Assembly (NCBI GenBank): GCA_012295275.1 | Contig: CM022668.1 | Span: forward strand, 12,214,001 to 12,278,000 | Source: Chrysomallon squamiferum | Taxonomy: Eukaryota; Animalia; Mollusca | Length of the DNA: 64,000 bases | Reading direction: 5' to 3' | Shown: piece after piece, positions 1-13,869 of the stretch | How the letters are laid out: every line of letters begins with the position of its first letter | How positions within the stretch are numbered: the first letter of the stretch is position 1 | The notes under the pieces: generated by a model | What the model was told of the DNA's origin: nothing | Database searches by the model: none | What the model saw: the letters and a program-made list of their open reading frames with translations, nothing else | Program-made: the position numbers and the translations under genes

Positions 1-29
1 AAGCCCACGTAAAACTATTTTCCTTTCAG

Positions 30-227
30 TGAACAAGTGAAAGTTCCACCTAAGAAAATCCCTCCCCCAACAGCACAAAAACCTAAGAGCCCCACCCTTA
101 CAAGGGTGAGGCCCTCAAAGCAGGCCCCTGTTGAAGCTCCTAAACCCATTGTACTTCGACAGGAGCCACCTCCTTGGACTCCAGAAAAAATAGATGTTCC
201 TACAGCTGTACAGAAATATCCCAAGGG
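30..227 (+). CDS. Titin-like exon, basic P/K-rich (PEVK-like), phase 2-2
   Basis: tttcAG acceptor at 28-29, GG|GTCAGT donor at 228; EQVKVPPKKIPPPTAQKPK...KYPKG; 198 nt. Confidence 0.7.
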
Positions 228-268
228 GTCAGTCATTTGGGTGTGGTCAGCATGAAGTTTTGATGTAG

Positions 269-302
<34 letters not shown>

Positions 303-360
303 TGATTTTAGTTTTCTTAGTTTGTTTCCAAAATAATAGTTTAGTAGAATGGAGATAAAA

Positions 361-407
<47 letters not shown>

Positions 408-669
408 ATGGAATATAGATGTATGTAAAATACTAGTGATATATATATATATTTTTAAGCTAATTAATTAAATATGAAATTTCAGGAAAAATAAATTAAT
501 GATAATACTATTAGTACTACTAATAATAATGAATTAAGTATTCAAAAAGAATTCAGTTTAAAAAAGTAGAAATTTCAGCCATATGTAATAATTGTATATA
601 TGGGTTTATCAGTTTTATGAAGTAATGTAAGAATAGAATAAGATGGAAAATGATTTTGTAAATTTGATA

Positions 670-704
<35 letters not shown>

Positions 705-794
705 AATAATTAATAAAAATGATAATAGCATTATGGCAAGTAAATATTAGTTTTAATTTATTATTCAAATAAATATATAAATAATAAAAAATAA

Positions 795-827
<33 letters not shown>

Positions 828-858
828 TTCTTACATGTAAAACAAAATTTATACTTCT

Positions 859-915
<57 letters not shown>

Positions 916-930
916 GTAATAGTAATAGTA

Positions 931-965
<35 letters not shown>

Positions 966-2423
966 CATAATAATAATAACAATAATAATAACTTCTGTAA
1001 AATAAAATATACTGGGGTAATTAATATTAAGATGGTAGCTAAAGGTTTTCCCCTTCTTCTCCAGTTAAAATCTGTTCAGTTTCCCTTGTTTTTGTTTTTC
1101 TAGATATCACCGTCAAGAAATAGTTTTTTAAACCCTTCCTTCAGAGAGTGCTGCCCTTTGTTTGATTGTGTCCCTTTTCCTCAATTTAGTATCATGTTTG
1201 ATTATTTCCCTTTTTGATTACATCCATTTTATTTGTACCCTTTTTTTTTTTTTTTTTTTGTTGTTGTTTTGTTCACCACATACAAAATGTATTTTCATTT
1301 TCAGCTTTCATTTTTTAATTTAAGATGGAAATTGTGATTTTAATTTTTGTATATATGTATAGTTATGAATAAACCTTTTTGATTTTTATACATTTTTAAA
1401 TATTATATATAAATTTGAATTTTAATATAAATATGAATATAGATTTGTAATTTTATTTATTTGTTTGTATGTTTGTGTGTTGTTTGTGTGTTGATGTGCT
1501 TTCATTGTTAAAGTGTCCAGTAGGAATTCAAAACACATCTCAACATAAATAATCTACTGTTCCTTGACATAATATTTTTAACTTTCTTGTTTATATATTT
1601 CAAAAATTTATTGATATTTTGTTCTGATGGCTGTTTGGGTTTTTTTTATTTTTTTTTATTTTTAAAAAAAATCTTTTAAGTTCATTGTAATTTTTCTTAG
1701 AACTACAAAAAAGAAAGAAAATAAATTAATAAATTAAGACAAAGATACTTTCCAAAAATAAAATTTTTTATTTTATTTTATTTTATTTTAATTATGTTAA
1801 TTTATCTATAACACAGATTTATGAGATGTGTTTGTCAAGGTTACATTCTCTGTGCTTTTCTTTACATTGTTTGAATATCGTAATTCTCTCCCTTTTAATT
1901 TTCTCATAGTTACTATTTGTGTAGTGATTAAGTGTCAGTTTAATGTATAAATAACAAGCAGGGATTGTGAAATAAGTGCTAGAAATATTTATTTTAATTA
2001 AATTAAAATTACACTGAAAGAAAATTAAAATATTAAATGTATTATTGATGATGATGATAATGATTTTAAGAAAGGCATTTATTTATTTAGTTATTTATTT
2101 ATACTTTTAAAGGTTTTCACTCTCAATTACCTTAAAAAAAAATTCAATATATTATCAATTATTTAATTTTGGTTTTTGACAGAATTCATTATAGAAAATT
2201 TATTCTGTTTTTAATTCAGTTTAAAAAATGAAAAAAAAAAAAAAATAATAAAAAAAAAAATTAAATAAATAAATAATAATAATAATATTAATTGAACAAT
2301 TTACTTCTGATAATAATAATAATAATAATAATAATACACCATATATATATATATAATATACAATAAATAATCAAAGTTATTTCACAGTTCCTCATATTAA
2401 ATATTGTGTTTAATTTACCACAG

Positions 2424-2477
2424 GCCTCCTATCACTCAGGAAATATCCACCATTGCTATTAAACTCTTAGACTCCAG
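2424..2477 (+). CDS. Candidate 54-nt cassette exon
   Basis: cacAG and AG|GTTTGG; phase 2-2 matches the host intron; open frame PPITQEISTIAIKLLDS. Confidence 0.45.
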
Positions 2478-2707
2478 GTTTGGAGAAACTACTTTATAAG
2501 CTTGGTGTTAAAAATAACCAGTGTTAACTATTAACATTAACCTTGGTGTTGAACTGTTGAAAATATAGCAGGCATTGACTATTATTAATAAGTTTGCCAT
2601 TAATTGGTTTAATATAAAGTGTGAAATATTAATTATGAGCTTTACATTATAAAAATAACCATTCTAAATCTGTTTCTCTTATTCTCTGTATATATGTAGC
2701 TTTTCAT

Positions 2708-2710
<3 letters not shown>

Positions 2711-2790
<80 letters not shown>
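2711..2790. repeat. (TC)n microsatellite
   Basis: About 40 perfect TC units. Confidence 0.98.
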
Positions 2791-2793
<3 letters not shown>

Positions 2794-3416
2794 ATGTTAC
2801 TGCTTTTTAAATAATATTTAAAATAACTTTATTATGCCACTAATATGTTATTAAAGGAAGAGCAAAAGTTTTTAACATTTTCACAAAAGTATTTCACCAG
2901 ACCATTTAATAATCTTTAATTAGAACAAAGATGCTTCTTTCTAGCAGATAAAAGATTATCAGAACATAATACTACTATTAATGCATAAATGTCTCATATC
3001 CTATACCCAACTGTATTATATCAACAGTTTATTATACCTTCAGCTGTGTCATAATTATGTTTTGTGAAAATGTTGAGAATTTGGTATGGTTCCTGCTACA
3101 AGTTTTAAATGTATTTATTATATTATATTATATTATATTATATTATTTTATTATTTTTTATTTTTTATTTTTAAAAATTGTTTTTTTCTACTGGAAGGGG
3201 GTTATATATAAAATAAACTTTTTTAAAATAAATGCTTTAGTAATATTTAAAATTTAAATTACATTAAACCTAAAACAATTAATTTACATTTGTTAAATAA
3301 TAAATAATGAAATGAAGCCAAAATTTAAAACATGATTTTCACACATAAAATTTTAAAAGCATAGTTCTGTTAAATTTTTCTTTTCTTTTAATTTGAAATT
3401 TCATTATATTATAAAA

Positions 3417-3452
<36 letters not shown>

Positions 3453-3712
3453 ATTTTATATATTTTGCTTTACAATAACCCATTAAGATATTGTTATATA
3501 ATGTGAACAGTACCTGAATGATACTATTTGTTCTTCTGCTGTTACATTTTTTTATTTGATGATAACATTATTAATATTGTTATTTGATTTTGAATTTTGT
3601 TCATGTTGTTAAAAAACCAAGTTTCTATTTTGTTATGTTTTTATTAATATAATCACATTTTTACACCCACGTTTTGAAATGTAATTCACTGCAGAGAAAC
3701 TAGGCACAATTT

Positions 3713-3748
<36 letters not shown>

Positions 3749-4043
3749 TAAATGGTAAATTCGACATGATAGAAAATAAAAGTCAAGTTTTTTGTTTGGC
3801 TTATAAAATTATTTGATTATTTGAATTTTCATTTATTATATTTATTTAATTTAATTAATTTATTTATTTATTTATTTATTTATTATTGCTTTTAATAGTA
3901 TTATTACTTTATTACTTGAGCTTTTAATGCTGGTATTTCAGTTACTATTTGCAATATTACTACTTATATATTATTTTTTGTATTGTTGTTATTATATTAC
4001 TGCTTTTATATTATAATTGCTTTTATTACTGCTATTATTATTA

Positions 4044-4074
<31 letters not shown>

Positions 4075-4433
4075 GCATTTGTTATTCAGATTATCAAATT
4101 ATTTTTACAATCGAAATAATAATTCAAAAGTTTTGTAATTGTTTGTAAAATATAATGATTAGATTGAATATTTTCCTAATAATTATGTTTACTAATTAAA
4201 CAGTAAAAACCTAATTTATTTTTGACTTCCAATGTATATTAATGCTGAAACCAATTAATATAATGTTGTTGTTTTTTTTTGTGTTTTTTTTTTCCAGATG
4301 ACATTTTCAATTATAAAATTATGACTTGGTTTATTCAAATGATATCCACTTCCAGTGTATAATCTAAATATTTAAATTAAGTAACACTTCAGCTATTTAA
4401 ATTATAAAATTAACTTTTTGAATTTATTTACAG

Positions 4434-4673
4434 CCAACAACCTGACCATGAGAGTGCAGTTCGTGAATACATCAGGAGGGAGGGCATGGAACCCCCCCTG
4501 GAGGACATTTTTGACAAAACGAAACCACGCCCACCAAAGTTCAAGACTCAGATAAAACCATTACTCAAACTCAGGGAAAACGATGCAGTTCATTTTGAGT
4601 GTCGTCTTGTTCCCATGGGCGACCCTAACTATGCAAGTTGAGTGGTTTAAAGATGGCCAACCTCTTCATCATG
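4434..4673 (+). CDS. Titin-like exon: linker plus N-half of kettin-type Ig1 (contains an apparent 1-nt insertion at 4627-4628)
   Basis: tacAG acceptor, G|GTGAGT donor; QQPDHESAVREYIRREG...RPPKFKTQIKPLLKLRENDAVHFECRLVPMGDP/TMQVEWFKDGQPLHH. Confidence 0.9.
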
Positions 4674-4960
4674 GTGAGTGTAAATTGTGTACTTCTTAGA
4701 ATGTGGAACAGGATTTATTTTATTTTTTATTTTTTAATTTTAATTTTATTTTTGAATTTTTTTTATTATTATTATTATTATTTTTTTTTCTTTTTTTTTC
4801 ATCTTATTTTATTTTTCTTATTTTCTTATTTATTTATTAAAATATTTATTATTTTTTTAATTTATTTATTATTACTATTATTATGATTATTATTATTATT
4901 ATTATTTTTATTCATTTATTTATTTATTATTACTATTTTTATTATTATTATTATTATTAT

Positions 4961-5007
<47 letters not shown>

Positions 5008-5187
5008 TTGTAAACTAATAGTAATAATAATAATTTCCCAAAGCAGTATGAGAGCAAGAAATAGCTTTCTGAAAATAATAAATAAATAATAAAAAAATGC
5101 TTGTCTAAAATAATTTCTTTGATAGGTATAATAATAATAAATATTAATTTTATTTATTAAAACTAATTACAAAAATGTTATTGTTAT

Positions 5188-5217
5188 CTTCTTCTTCTTC
5201 TTCTTCTTCTTCTTCTT

Positions 5218-5276
<59 letters not shown>

Positions 5277-5454
5277 CTTCTTCTTGATTCTTATTGTTAT
5301 TGAAGCTTTTTATTAGTATTAGTATTAATATTATTACTATTAGTATTGTTATTGTTATTATTAATATTGTTATTATTATTATTAATACTATTATTTTTTT
5401 ATTATTATTACTATTATTATTACAATTATTATTATTACTATTATTGTTATTATT

Positions 5455-5489
<35 letters not shown>

Positions 5490-5495
5490 TATTAT
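5188..5495. repeat. Compound trinucleotide microsatellite (CTT)n(ATT)n...(ATC)n
   Basis: Direct reading. Confidence 0.93.
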
Positions 5496-5586
5496 TGAAC
5501 ACAATATTTAACAGTGAAACTAAAATACAAACACACAGACACACACAAAAACATGCTATTAATTGATATATTTACTCTGTTTCTAG

Positions 5587-5730
5587 GTTACCGGTTCAAA
5601 CCCATGTATGACTTTGGTTTCGTTGCTCTGGACATTCTGTATGTTTATGCTGAGGACTCTGGGATCTACTCCTGCCGAGCCACCAATGCCTATGGTGAAG
5701 ATACAACTACAGCAGAAGTCAGATGTAAAG
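5587..5730 (+). CDS. Titin-like exon: C-half of kettin-type Ig1
   Basis: GYRFKPMYDFGFVALDILYVYAEDSGIYSCRATNAYGEDTTTAEVRCK; AG/GT bounded, phase 1-1. Confidence 0.95.
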
Positions 5731-6181
5731 GTTTGTATTTCCCGTTCCAGACAGTACTCTGAATTTTCGTTAACTGATTTGGATGGAATGCCATTTTAAA
5801 TATTTTTTTAAATTCCTCTTTTGTAGTTAATCAGGGTTTTATCAGTAGAATGTGTGGGATATATTAATACATAAATTCACTGATAGTAAATATAATTAAG
5901 TTAATTTATATAAGTAAAAACATTTATATATTGTACACTGCTATGAGTAAATACAATTTTAAATAATCTTTAATGATAGATATCAGATCTGTCATTATGT
6001 TTAATAATAAATAATAATGGGATTTATAAAAATAATTCCTCATTATTACTATTGTTATTATTGTTGTTGTTGCTATTTTTATTATTATTATAATTAGTAC
6101 TACCTCTACTATTTTTAAAATTATTAGTATTTTCTAGACATATTTCTAACTTACTATAAGATTTTAATTTTCTGATTTCAG

Positions 6182-6263
6182 CAAAGAAAGCCATTATTAT
6201 GGATACTCAGTTGCCAGGAGATGGAGCCACCAGACTCCTTGAGATGGAGCAACACTGGAGAAG
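6182..6263 (+). CDS. Titin-like exon: kettin-type inter-Ig linker
   Basis: AKKAIIMDTQLPGDGATRLLEMEQHWR; ttcAG and AG|GTAAAT, phase 1-2 fits neighbours. Confidence 0.9.
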
Positions 6264-6595
6264 GTAAATTGTTACTGTTACTATTATTATTATTATTATT
6301 ATTATTATTACTGTTGTTATAATTATTATTGACATTATTATTATTGTCATTATTATTATTATTATTAATTTCATTATTAATATTATTTATTATTGTTAAA
6401 GAATTATTGTTATTATTATTAATTTTTATTACTACATTACTGTTATTATTATTATTATTATTAATATTTTAAAGTATGAAAATTGTTAAAATTATATTTT
6501 ATAACAGTAATTACAGTTGTTTAAACATCGGTTCGAAAAAATCATTAAAAAAAAACAAAAAAACATTTGTTTATAAATATTTTTTATAATTCCAG

Positions 6596-6776
6596 TCAAA
6601 TGGATCTCGAAGAAAAATACATCGAGGAACCGCAACCTCGATGTCCACCGACCTTCGACCTCAAACCAGAACCAGTCGAGACGGGTGAAGGAGAACCCGC
6701 CAAATTCCTCGTCAAAGTCAGTGGATTCCCCCGCCCGCGAGTCTCGTGGTGGGTGAATGGAAGTCTGATTGTGGGG
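6596..6776 (+). CDS. Titin-like exon: N-half of Ig2
   Basis: QMDLEEK...CPPTFDLKPEPVETGEGEPAKFLVKVSGFPRPRVSWWVNGSLIVG; GGG|GTAAGT. Confidence 0.95.
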
Positions 6777-7042
6777 GTAAGTGTTATGTATATTGTGTAT
6801 TGCACGTGTTGATTATTGGAAGTATCTAACATCTCCCTGTTAGAAGGTTCATAATTGGAATTAAAAATTTTAAAAGAATGAAAAGTAAATGTGTGGACAT
6901 CTTGTGAAATTAGTTCTTGAGGTTTATTTATTTAAGGTTTATGATAATGATATTAATAAAAATAGAAATTGGGAAAAAAAAATATATATATATATATAAT
7001 CATAATAAGAATAACAACAACAATAACAATAACAACAACAAC

Positions 7043-7074
<32 letters not shown>

Positions 7075-7427
7075 ACATTGTAAAAATTCATTAAAAAGAC
7101 CATATAAAATTAGCAGTGAAGTAAAATAAAATAAGTAATTAGTAATAACAATAATAATAAGAAGACTAAATAATTAAATAAAAAAATAAATCAATAAATA
7201 ACATATAGTAATCACTAGTTACATTAAAGTATCTTCAGATTTTTTTAATGAATATTTTTTCCTCTGTGCTGAAGGATTTAATATTGAAAGTCATGTATAA
7301 TGGAATGATAAACTATCTGATAACAACAAAAATAAAATTAAAAAGTGAACAAAAAATAAAATTAATTAAATAAAACATACACTCCACCTCTAATAACCAC
7401 TAATCATGTTAAAATTTTGTTTCCCAG

Positions 7428-7614
7428 GGTTCACGATTCAAAGTCACCTACGATGGGATGATGAACTACCTGATAATTCCACGATGTCGTGAATACGATG
7501 CAGGACAGATCCGCGTGGTCTGTAAGAATTCCGAGGGAGAGGCCGAGTGCAGCACTTCCCTCGTTGTCATGCCCAAAGAGGACTGGAGAGCCAAACTGAG
7601 GCAGGCTCCAAAAG
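7428..7614 (+). CDS. Titin-like exon: C-half of Ig2
   Basis: GSRFKVTYDGMMNYLIIPRCREYDAGQIRVVCKNSEGEAECSTSLVVMPKEDWRAKLRQAPK; phase 0-1. Confidence 0.95.
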
Positions 7615-8137
7615 GTGCGATGTTACGACAGAATATGTGTTTCCTGTGTGAAGATAGAGAGATGTGTTGTTGTTTGGAATAAGTTAATTTGAGAAAGCGT
7701 TTTATAAATAATTTTGAAAATTTTAAAAGATTGTGAAGGTTTTTTTTTTTTTTTTTTTTAAAATGTAAAAGATTGTAATTAAAATTAATTTCTGAATTTT
7801 GTTTTTGTTTTTAAATGTTTTGAAGATTTTTATTTTATATTTTTTAAATTTTAAAGAATTAATATTTTTGAAAGACTTTTTAATTCTGAAAAAAATAATT
7901 ATTTGATATTAATAATAAATATAATGATGATGATGTTGATGATGATGTTGATGATGATAACAGAATTAGAATTAAAAATAACTAAAATCTAAATTTTTAA
8001 TTTATTTATAAAACATTAAATAAATAAATAAATTAATTAATAATAATAATAAATATTTTTGTTACGATTTTCATTTTTTTCATAATACTTCTAACACTAA
8101 CAATTATGAATTCTTCTTTTTAAAAAAAAATGTATAG

Positions 8138-8254
8138 GTGAGCTAGAGATAGAACTGGAAAGAAGGAAGAAGATAGAACTAAGGAGTGTTGAACTCGACA
8201 GAGCCTTCAAGAAACCAAAAGCAACAGAATACGAATTGAGACAACTTGAAAAAT
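8138..8254 (+). CDS. Titin-like exon: charged, probably helical linker
   Basis: GELEIELERRKKIELRSVELDRAFKKPKATEYELRQLEK; tatAG and T|GTAAGT, phase 1-1. Confidence 0.88.
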
Positions 8255-8645
8255 GTAAGTTCTGAAATCAAACCCAGCTAAAGATAGAAAAGCCACTGGC
8301 ATTTTATTACTTAGAATTTTATATTTTACAGTTTCAATATATAATTGTTATTTTTAATTTTATTACTATTTTTATTATTATTATTATTTTTTTTATAGTT
8401 TATTTTATATTTTATTTATTTGTTTTATTTTTATTTAATTTAAATTTATTGTTTATTTGTATATTTATTTATTTATTTATTTATTTTTTGCTTATTTTTT
8501 ATTTTATTTATTCATTCATTCATTTATTTATTTATTTACTTATATACTTACTTATTTATTTATTTATTTATTTATTTATATATTTACTTATATACTACTT
8601 ATTTACTATTTATTTACTTATTTACTTACTTATTTATTTACATAG

Positions 8646-8907
8646 CTGCTGACTACAAGGTAAAAATGCGACGTGACCACGAAGTCGTCACAGCAGAGCA
8701 GCAGTACATCAGCATCCACACACAGCTGATGCCCACGAAGAAGCCGACTGCGGAGAGAGCCAGCATGGTGACAATAATGCCGGATGTTGCCAAGATGGCC
8801 GAAGAACCAGCAGTAGCAGAAAAACAGATCGTTCTGGAGCAGGGAGAGCCTCCAGTGTTCTCCAAACCTCTCAGACCTCAAAGAGTCACTGAGGGCAGCT
8901 CAGTGCA
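8646..8907 (+). CDS. Titin-like exon: linker plus start of Ig3
   Basis: SADYKVKMRRDHEVV...GEPPVFSKPLRPQRVTEGSSVQ; CA|GTAAGT donor. Confidence 0.92.
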
Positions 8908-9041
8908 GTAAGTAGCTTTAGTTGCAGTGTCAGAGGCACTGGGATCTAATACCAGTAATAGCTGAAATGAGTTTTAATTTAAAAAAAAAAAAAAATTTGT
9001 TTAAATTTATTTTTGTTGTTTCTTTATTTTTTTATATTTTT

Positions 9042-9084
<43 letters not shown>

Positions 9085-9507
9085 TTGTTATTATTAATAA
9101 TTAATTATTATTTTATTATTTTTTTTATTATTTTATATTTCATAATTTTTATTATTTTCTTTTTCATTTTGTTCTTTTAAGCAGAGTTATTTTAGTATCA
9201 GAAAAAATTTAATATTAAAGACTTTATAACTAAGATAAAAAAATGATTGTTTTTCTTTTTTATTGTTATTATTTAAATAAAGTATCAGTTAGATGTACTT
9301 TTATCTTTATTAATACTTTTAAAGTAGCATAGATTGGCATGAAATAAAATGACATTAAAAAGATTAATAATAATAATAATAAAGTTAAAAATAGTCATTG
9401 GTATTTTTACCACAATTTTAAAATTTCTTTTAATTATTAATTTGTTTTAATAATTAGAATATAATTATGTATTTATTATTTTATTTATTATGTTATGAAT
9501 GAAAATT

Positions 9508-9569
<62 letters not shown>

Positions 9570-9574
9570 TTCAG

Positions 9575-9662
9575 ACTGGAGGTACACTTCAAAGGAACAC
9601 CACCTCCAGCCATTACCTGGTACAGAGACAGTTTTGAAATTCAGCCATCCAGAGATTTCCAG
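9575..9662 (+). CDS. Titin-like exon: middle of Ig3
   Basis: LEVHFKGTPPPAITWYRDSFEIQPSRDFQ; phase 2-0. Confidence 0.93.
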
Positions 9663-10400
9663 GTAAATATTCTTACCTGTATCTTGTTAAAATTAGTCCA
9701 TTAACATTGACTTTCTTGAAAGTTACGTCAAAACACTAATCAGGTTTCTTGGCAACAAGATTAAATTGTATGTGTCATATATTGTTTGCATGATTATTGT
9801 ATATTTAAAAAAAAAATTATCATTTACATTTCTGATATGTTTTGATTATTTTTAACTAACTTGTTAAATTTTTTATATTTATCTTTTATTTTTTTATATT
9901 ATTATTTTATTATTATTATGTTTTTGTTTGTTTAATTATTTGTTTTTATTATTATTATTATTATTATTATTGTTATTATCATTATTTTTATTAAATTTTA
10001 TTATATATTTATTTATTTATAATTTAATTTTGTTATTTATTTAATTTTAAATTTTATTTTTGTATTATTTTTTATTGTTGTGGTTTTTGTTGTACTTGTT
10101 GTTGTTGTTGTTTTTTAACAGTATTTTTTTTTTTTTTTAAATAACCATTATTTATGTATCTTCAGGAATTGCCTGCAAATGAGCCAGTGGTAGGGTTAAC
10201 ATAAATTTCTTTCCTATTTTAACATATTGGAAAACATGGTGTTGTAACATAACCATAATACCTCATACAAAACTTTGTTATACATTTTAGTACTTTATTT
10301 AAATTTTGTGTTTATTTGTTTTAATATTTTTTATTATTTAAAACAAAACTGAAGTTAGATATTTTTATTACAATTTTTGTTTTTGTATTTATTACTGTTA

Positions 10401-10452
<52 letters not shown>

Positions 10453-11696
10453 TATTATTATTTTAATTAATATTATTTGTTTTATTTATTTATTTATTTG
10501 TTATTATTTTTAATATTTATTTATTTCATTATTCTCTAAATAAATATATTTTTATCTAAATTATGTTTATATAACATTCATTTTGGTTATTTTGGTCTCT
10601 TTTAATTGAACATTAATTTGTGAGAAAAAAAAATTACATTATGCTATATCATCCTATATGAGTTTTGTACACTTTGGTTTTGGGGATATTAATATATAAG
10701 GTTCATAGTTAATACTTATATTTATGATTTCTTTTTTTTTGCTGATGATAAAATATTATTAACAAATTGAATTAAAAAGAACTAATAATATAAATCTAAC
10801 TTTTTCATTTGTTTATAAAAAATAAATAAATATTGTGATAAACAAGCTATATATTAATATATTAATACATTAATAATAATAATAATAATAATATATTTTA
10901 TTCTTTTATTTATGTAATATTTTTAACAATAAATAATAATTTTAAAAAACAACTAAACATCTAACAAATGGTTTAAAATTTTATAAAAATAGCTAATACT
11001 TAACAATTAATAAATATTTAAATTTAACAAAATGAAAACTAATTATAAATCCATCCTTACACATATATTCATTCTGGAATATTCATTATATATATATACT
11101 GATATACTGTTTGTTCTAATGCTGTTTGTTAAATAAACAGAGTTATCTATTGAATATCATATATCAAATATATAACATCTCTTAACATATACTCCATCCT
11201 ATATAATGATTTCAGAGTAATATGTAAAAATATATTCTTATTTATTCAAAACTTTTATCTTATTCATGCATTTGGTTTCTGGTCATTACTGGTTATTGAT
11301 TGCTTATTGATTATTTGTCTATTATTCAAATCATGTTAGAAATAAAATGGTGAAAGAAGATTAGATACATCTTTTATTTTATGTTAGGATGAATGTAATT
11401 TTTATTTTTTTGATATTTTAATTTTCTTAAACACAATTTTATTTCAATTTTGTATTTTACAAAATTTGATTTATATATTTAGTTGTTGGTTGTTAACATT
11501 TTTATTATGTGTATCACATCTTTAAGGATTTTGAAATTGAGACAAGAATTCCATGCTAAATTCTATTTTAAGACAAAAATAATTAAATAATATTTTTTAT
11601 ATTAATGAGAGATGTAAAGATGAAGAGATATAAAATAAAGATTGTGAAATAAAAAACAACTAAAAAATCCAATAACAGTGAAAACAAATAAACAAA

Positions 11697-11752
<56 letters not shown>

Positions 11753-11953
11753 TAATAACTAAAGAAAGAAAGAAATAAAGTACATTCCGACAATTTTTGA
11801 AAAATTTAATTACATTTTTATTTTAAAAAAATTAGTTTTTCTATTAAATTAAAAATAAAAATAAATATTTTGCAATATTATATGTCTGTATACTATAAAC
11901 CATATCCATGCAATAAAACTTTGTATTACACAGACTGAACTCTGTATTTGTAG

Positions 11954-12083
11954 ATAACTACCTCAGACAAGACCAGCACTCTGGTAATACCAGAGGTGTT
12001 TATTGAAGATGCTGGAATGTTCACTGTGAAAGCTTACAACAAGTTTGGCTTGGTGCAGTGCAAGGCGAAACTCACAGTTACAG
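11954..12083 (+). CDS. Titin-like exon: C-half of Ig3
   Basis: ITTSDKTSTLVIPEVFIEDAGMFTVKAYNKFGLVQCKAKLTVT; not in the ORF track; phase 0-1. Confidence 0.93.
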
Positions 12084-12248
12084 GTTAGTACAGTGTGCTA
12101 CTTTTCTGTTAGGACCTGTAGTTTGAACATTGTATTACTTCTTAGAGCGTTAAATTAAAACATTGTATAAAGTGGTATTTTTCTCTTAAGTAGGCCAAAG
12201 AAAAAATAAATAAAAAAACAAAGCAATAATAATAAATTATGAAATTTC

Positions 12249-12315
<67 letters not shown>

Positions 12316-12367
12316 TTAATTAATAATACAAGAAGAACCAGGACTGACATAGTAATAATAATAAAAT

Positions 12368-12413
<46 letters not shown>

Positions 12414-12507
12414 TTACAATAATAATAAAATGTTTCTTTTAAGTAGACCAATGTAATGAAAAAAAACAAAGTAATAATAATAATAATAGTAGAAGTAATA
12501 ATAACAC

Positions 12508-12551
<44 letters not shown>

Positions 12552-12603
12552 TTAAATAGATAAAAACCTAAATAAATAAATTTAAAAAAAAAAAAAATAA
12601 ATA

Positions 12604-12647
<44 letters not shown>

Positions 12648-12667
12648 TAAATATTAACTGATTACAG

Positions 12668-12804
12668 AAGAAGAAGAACCAGAGCGTGTGTTATCACCAG
12701 AATTTAAGAACCTGATGAGAGACAGTCTGGTGAACGAGGGAGAACCTGCGACCTTTGACTGCCAGGTTTTCGCCAATCCAAAACCTACAGTGACATGGAC
12801 AAAG
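12668..12804 (+). CDS. Titin-like exon: N-half of Ig4
   Basis: EEEEPERVLSPEFKNLMRDSLVNEGEPATFDCQVFANPKPTVTWTK; phase 1-0. Confidence 0.93.
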
Positions 12805-12893
12805 GTTTGCATTAATATATCTCTAACTGACAAAATGCATTATGATGAAAGAGTAAATTATGTTTGATGTATTACAATACCATTCTTTGTTAT

Positions 12894-13166
<273 letters not shown>

Positions 13167-13246
13167 CCGCTTCAATTTGTCTGTAATTTAAATGATAACA
13201 GTTTTTGTATGTGTATGACATCTAATAAATACACTTTTTTCAACAG

Positions 13247-13412
13247 GATGGCAAACCAATGCAAGAAAGCCACAGGTGGAAATTCATCGCAGAAAACAAC
13301 AACTACACCCTCGTCATCTATGAAGTGAAACCAGAGGATTCTGGGGTGTATGCCTGCGTTGCCATCAACGATGTTGGCAAGGCTACCTGCACAGCCAGAC
13401 TTTCTGTGGAAA
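13247..13412 (+). CDS. Titin-like exon: C-half of Ig4
   Basis: DGKPMQESHRWKFIAENNNYTLVIYEVKPEDSGVYACVAINDVGKATCTARLSVE. Confidence 0.95.
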
Positions 13413-13869
13413 GTAAGTATTATGATTATTATTATTAACACATTCAGGTACAGAAAATGTATAAAGAATATCTCTGAAATTTAATAAAATAAGTAACTGA
13501 AAAGTCATACAGAAACAGTATTTGTAAGATTATATTGACAACATTTCTGTGCTATTTTTGATTCTGTATAATTTATCTTAAATAAACAAATAATAAACAA
13601 ACAAAATAAATAAATGTAACCAAATAACAGTGTGTGTGTGTGGGGGGTTTGTGTATGTAAAATAAAATAAATAAAATAAGTTCCACAGCAATATTATATA
13701 ATAAAATAACCAAAGAAAATTTATTAGAGCATTGTTTTAAACCTTGAACAAGAACAAACTAAACAAATTAAACAATGTTATAAAGTGAAGAAAATAAAGC
13801 AAAGTAATTTTCGTCATAAATAAAACAGTGTATAACAAGATCAATAATTTGTGTAACTTTGTATTACAG

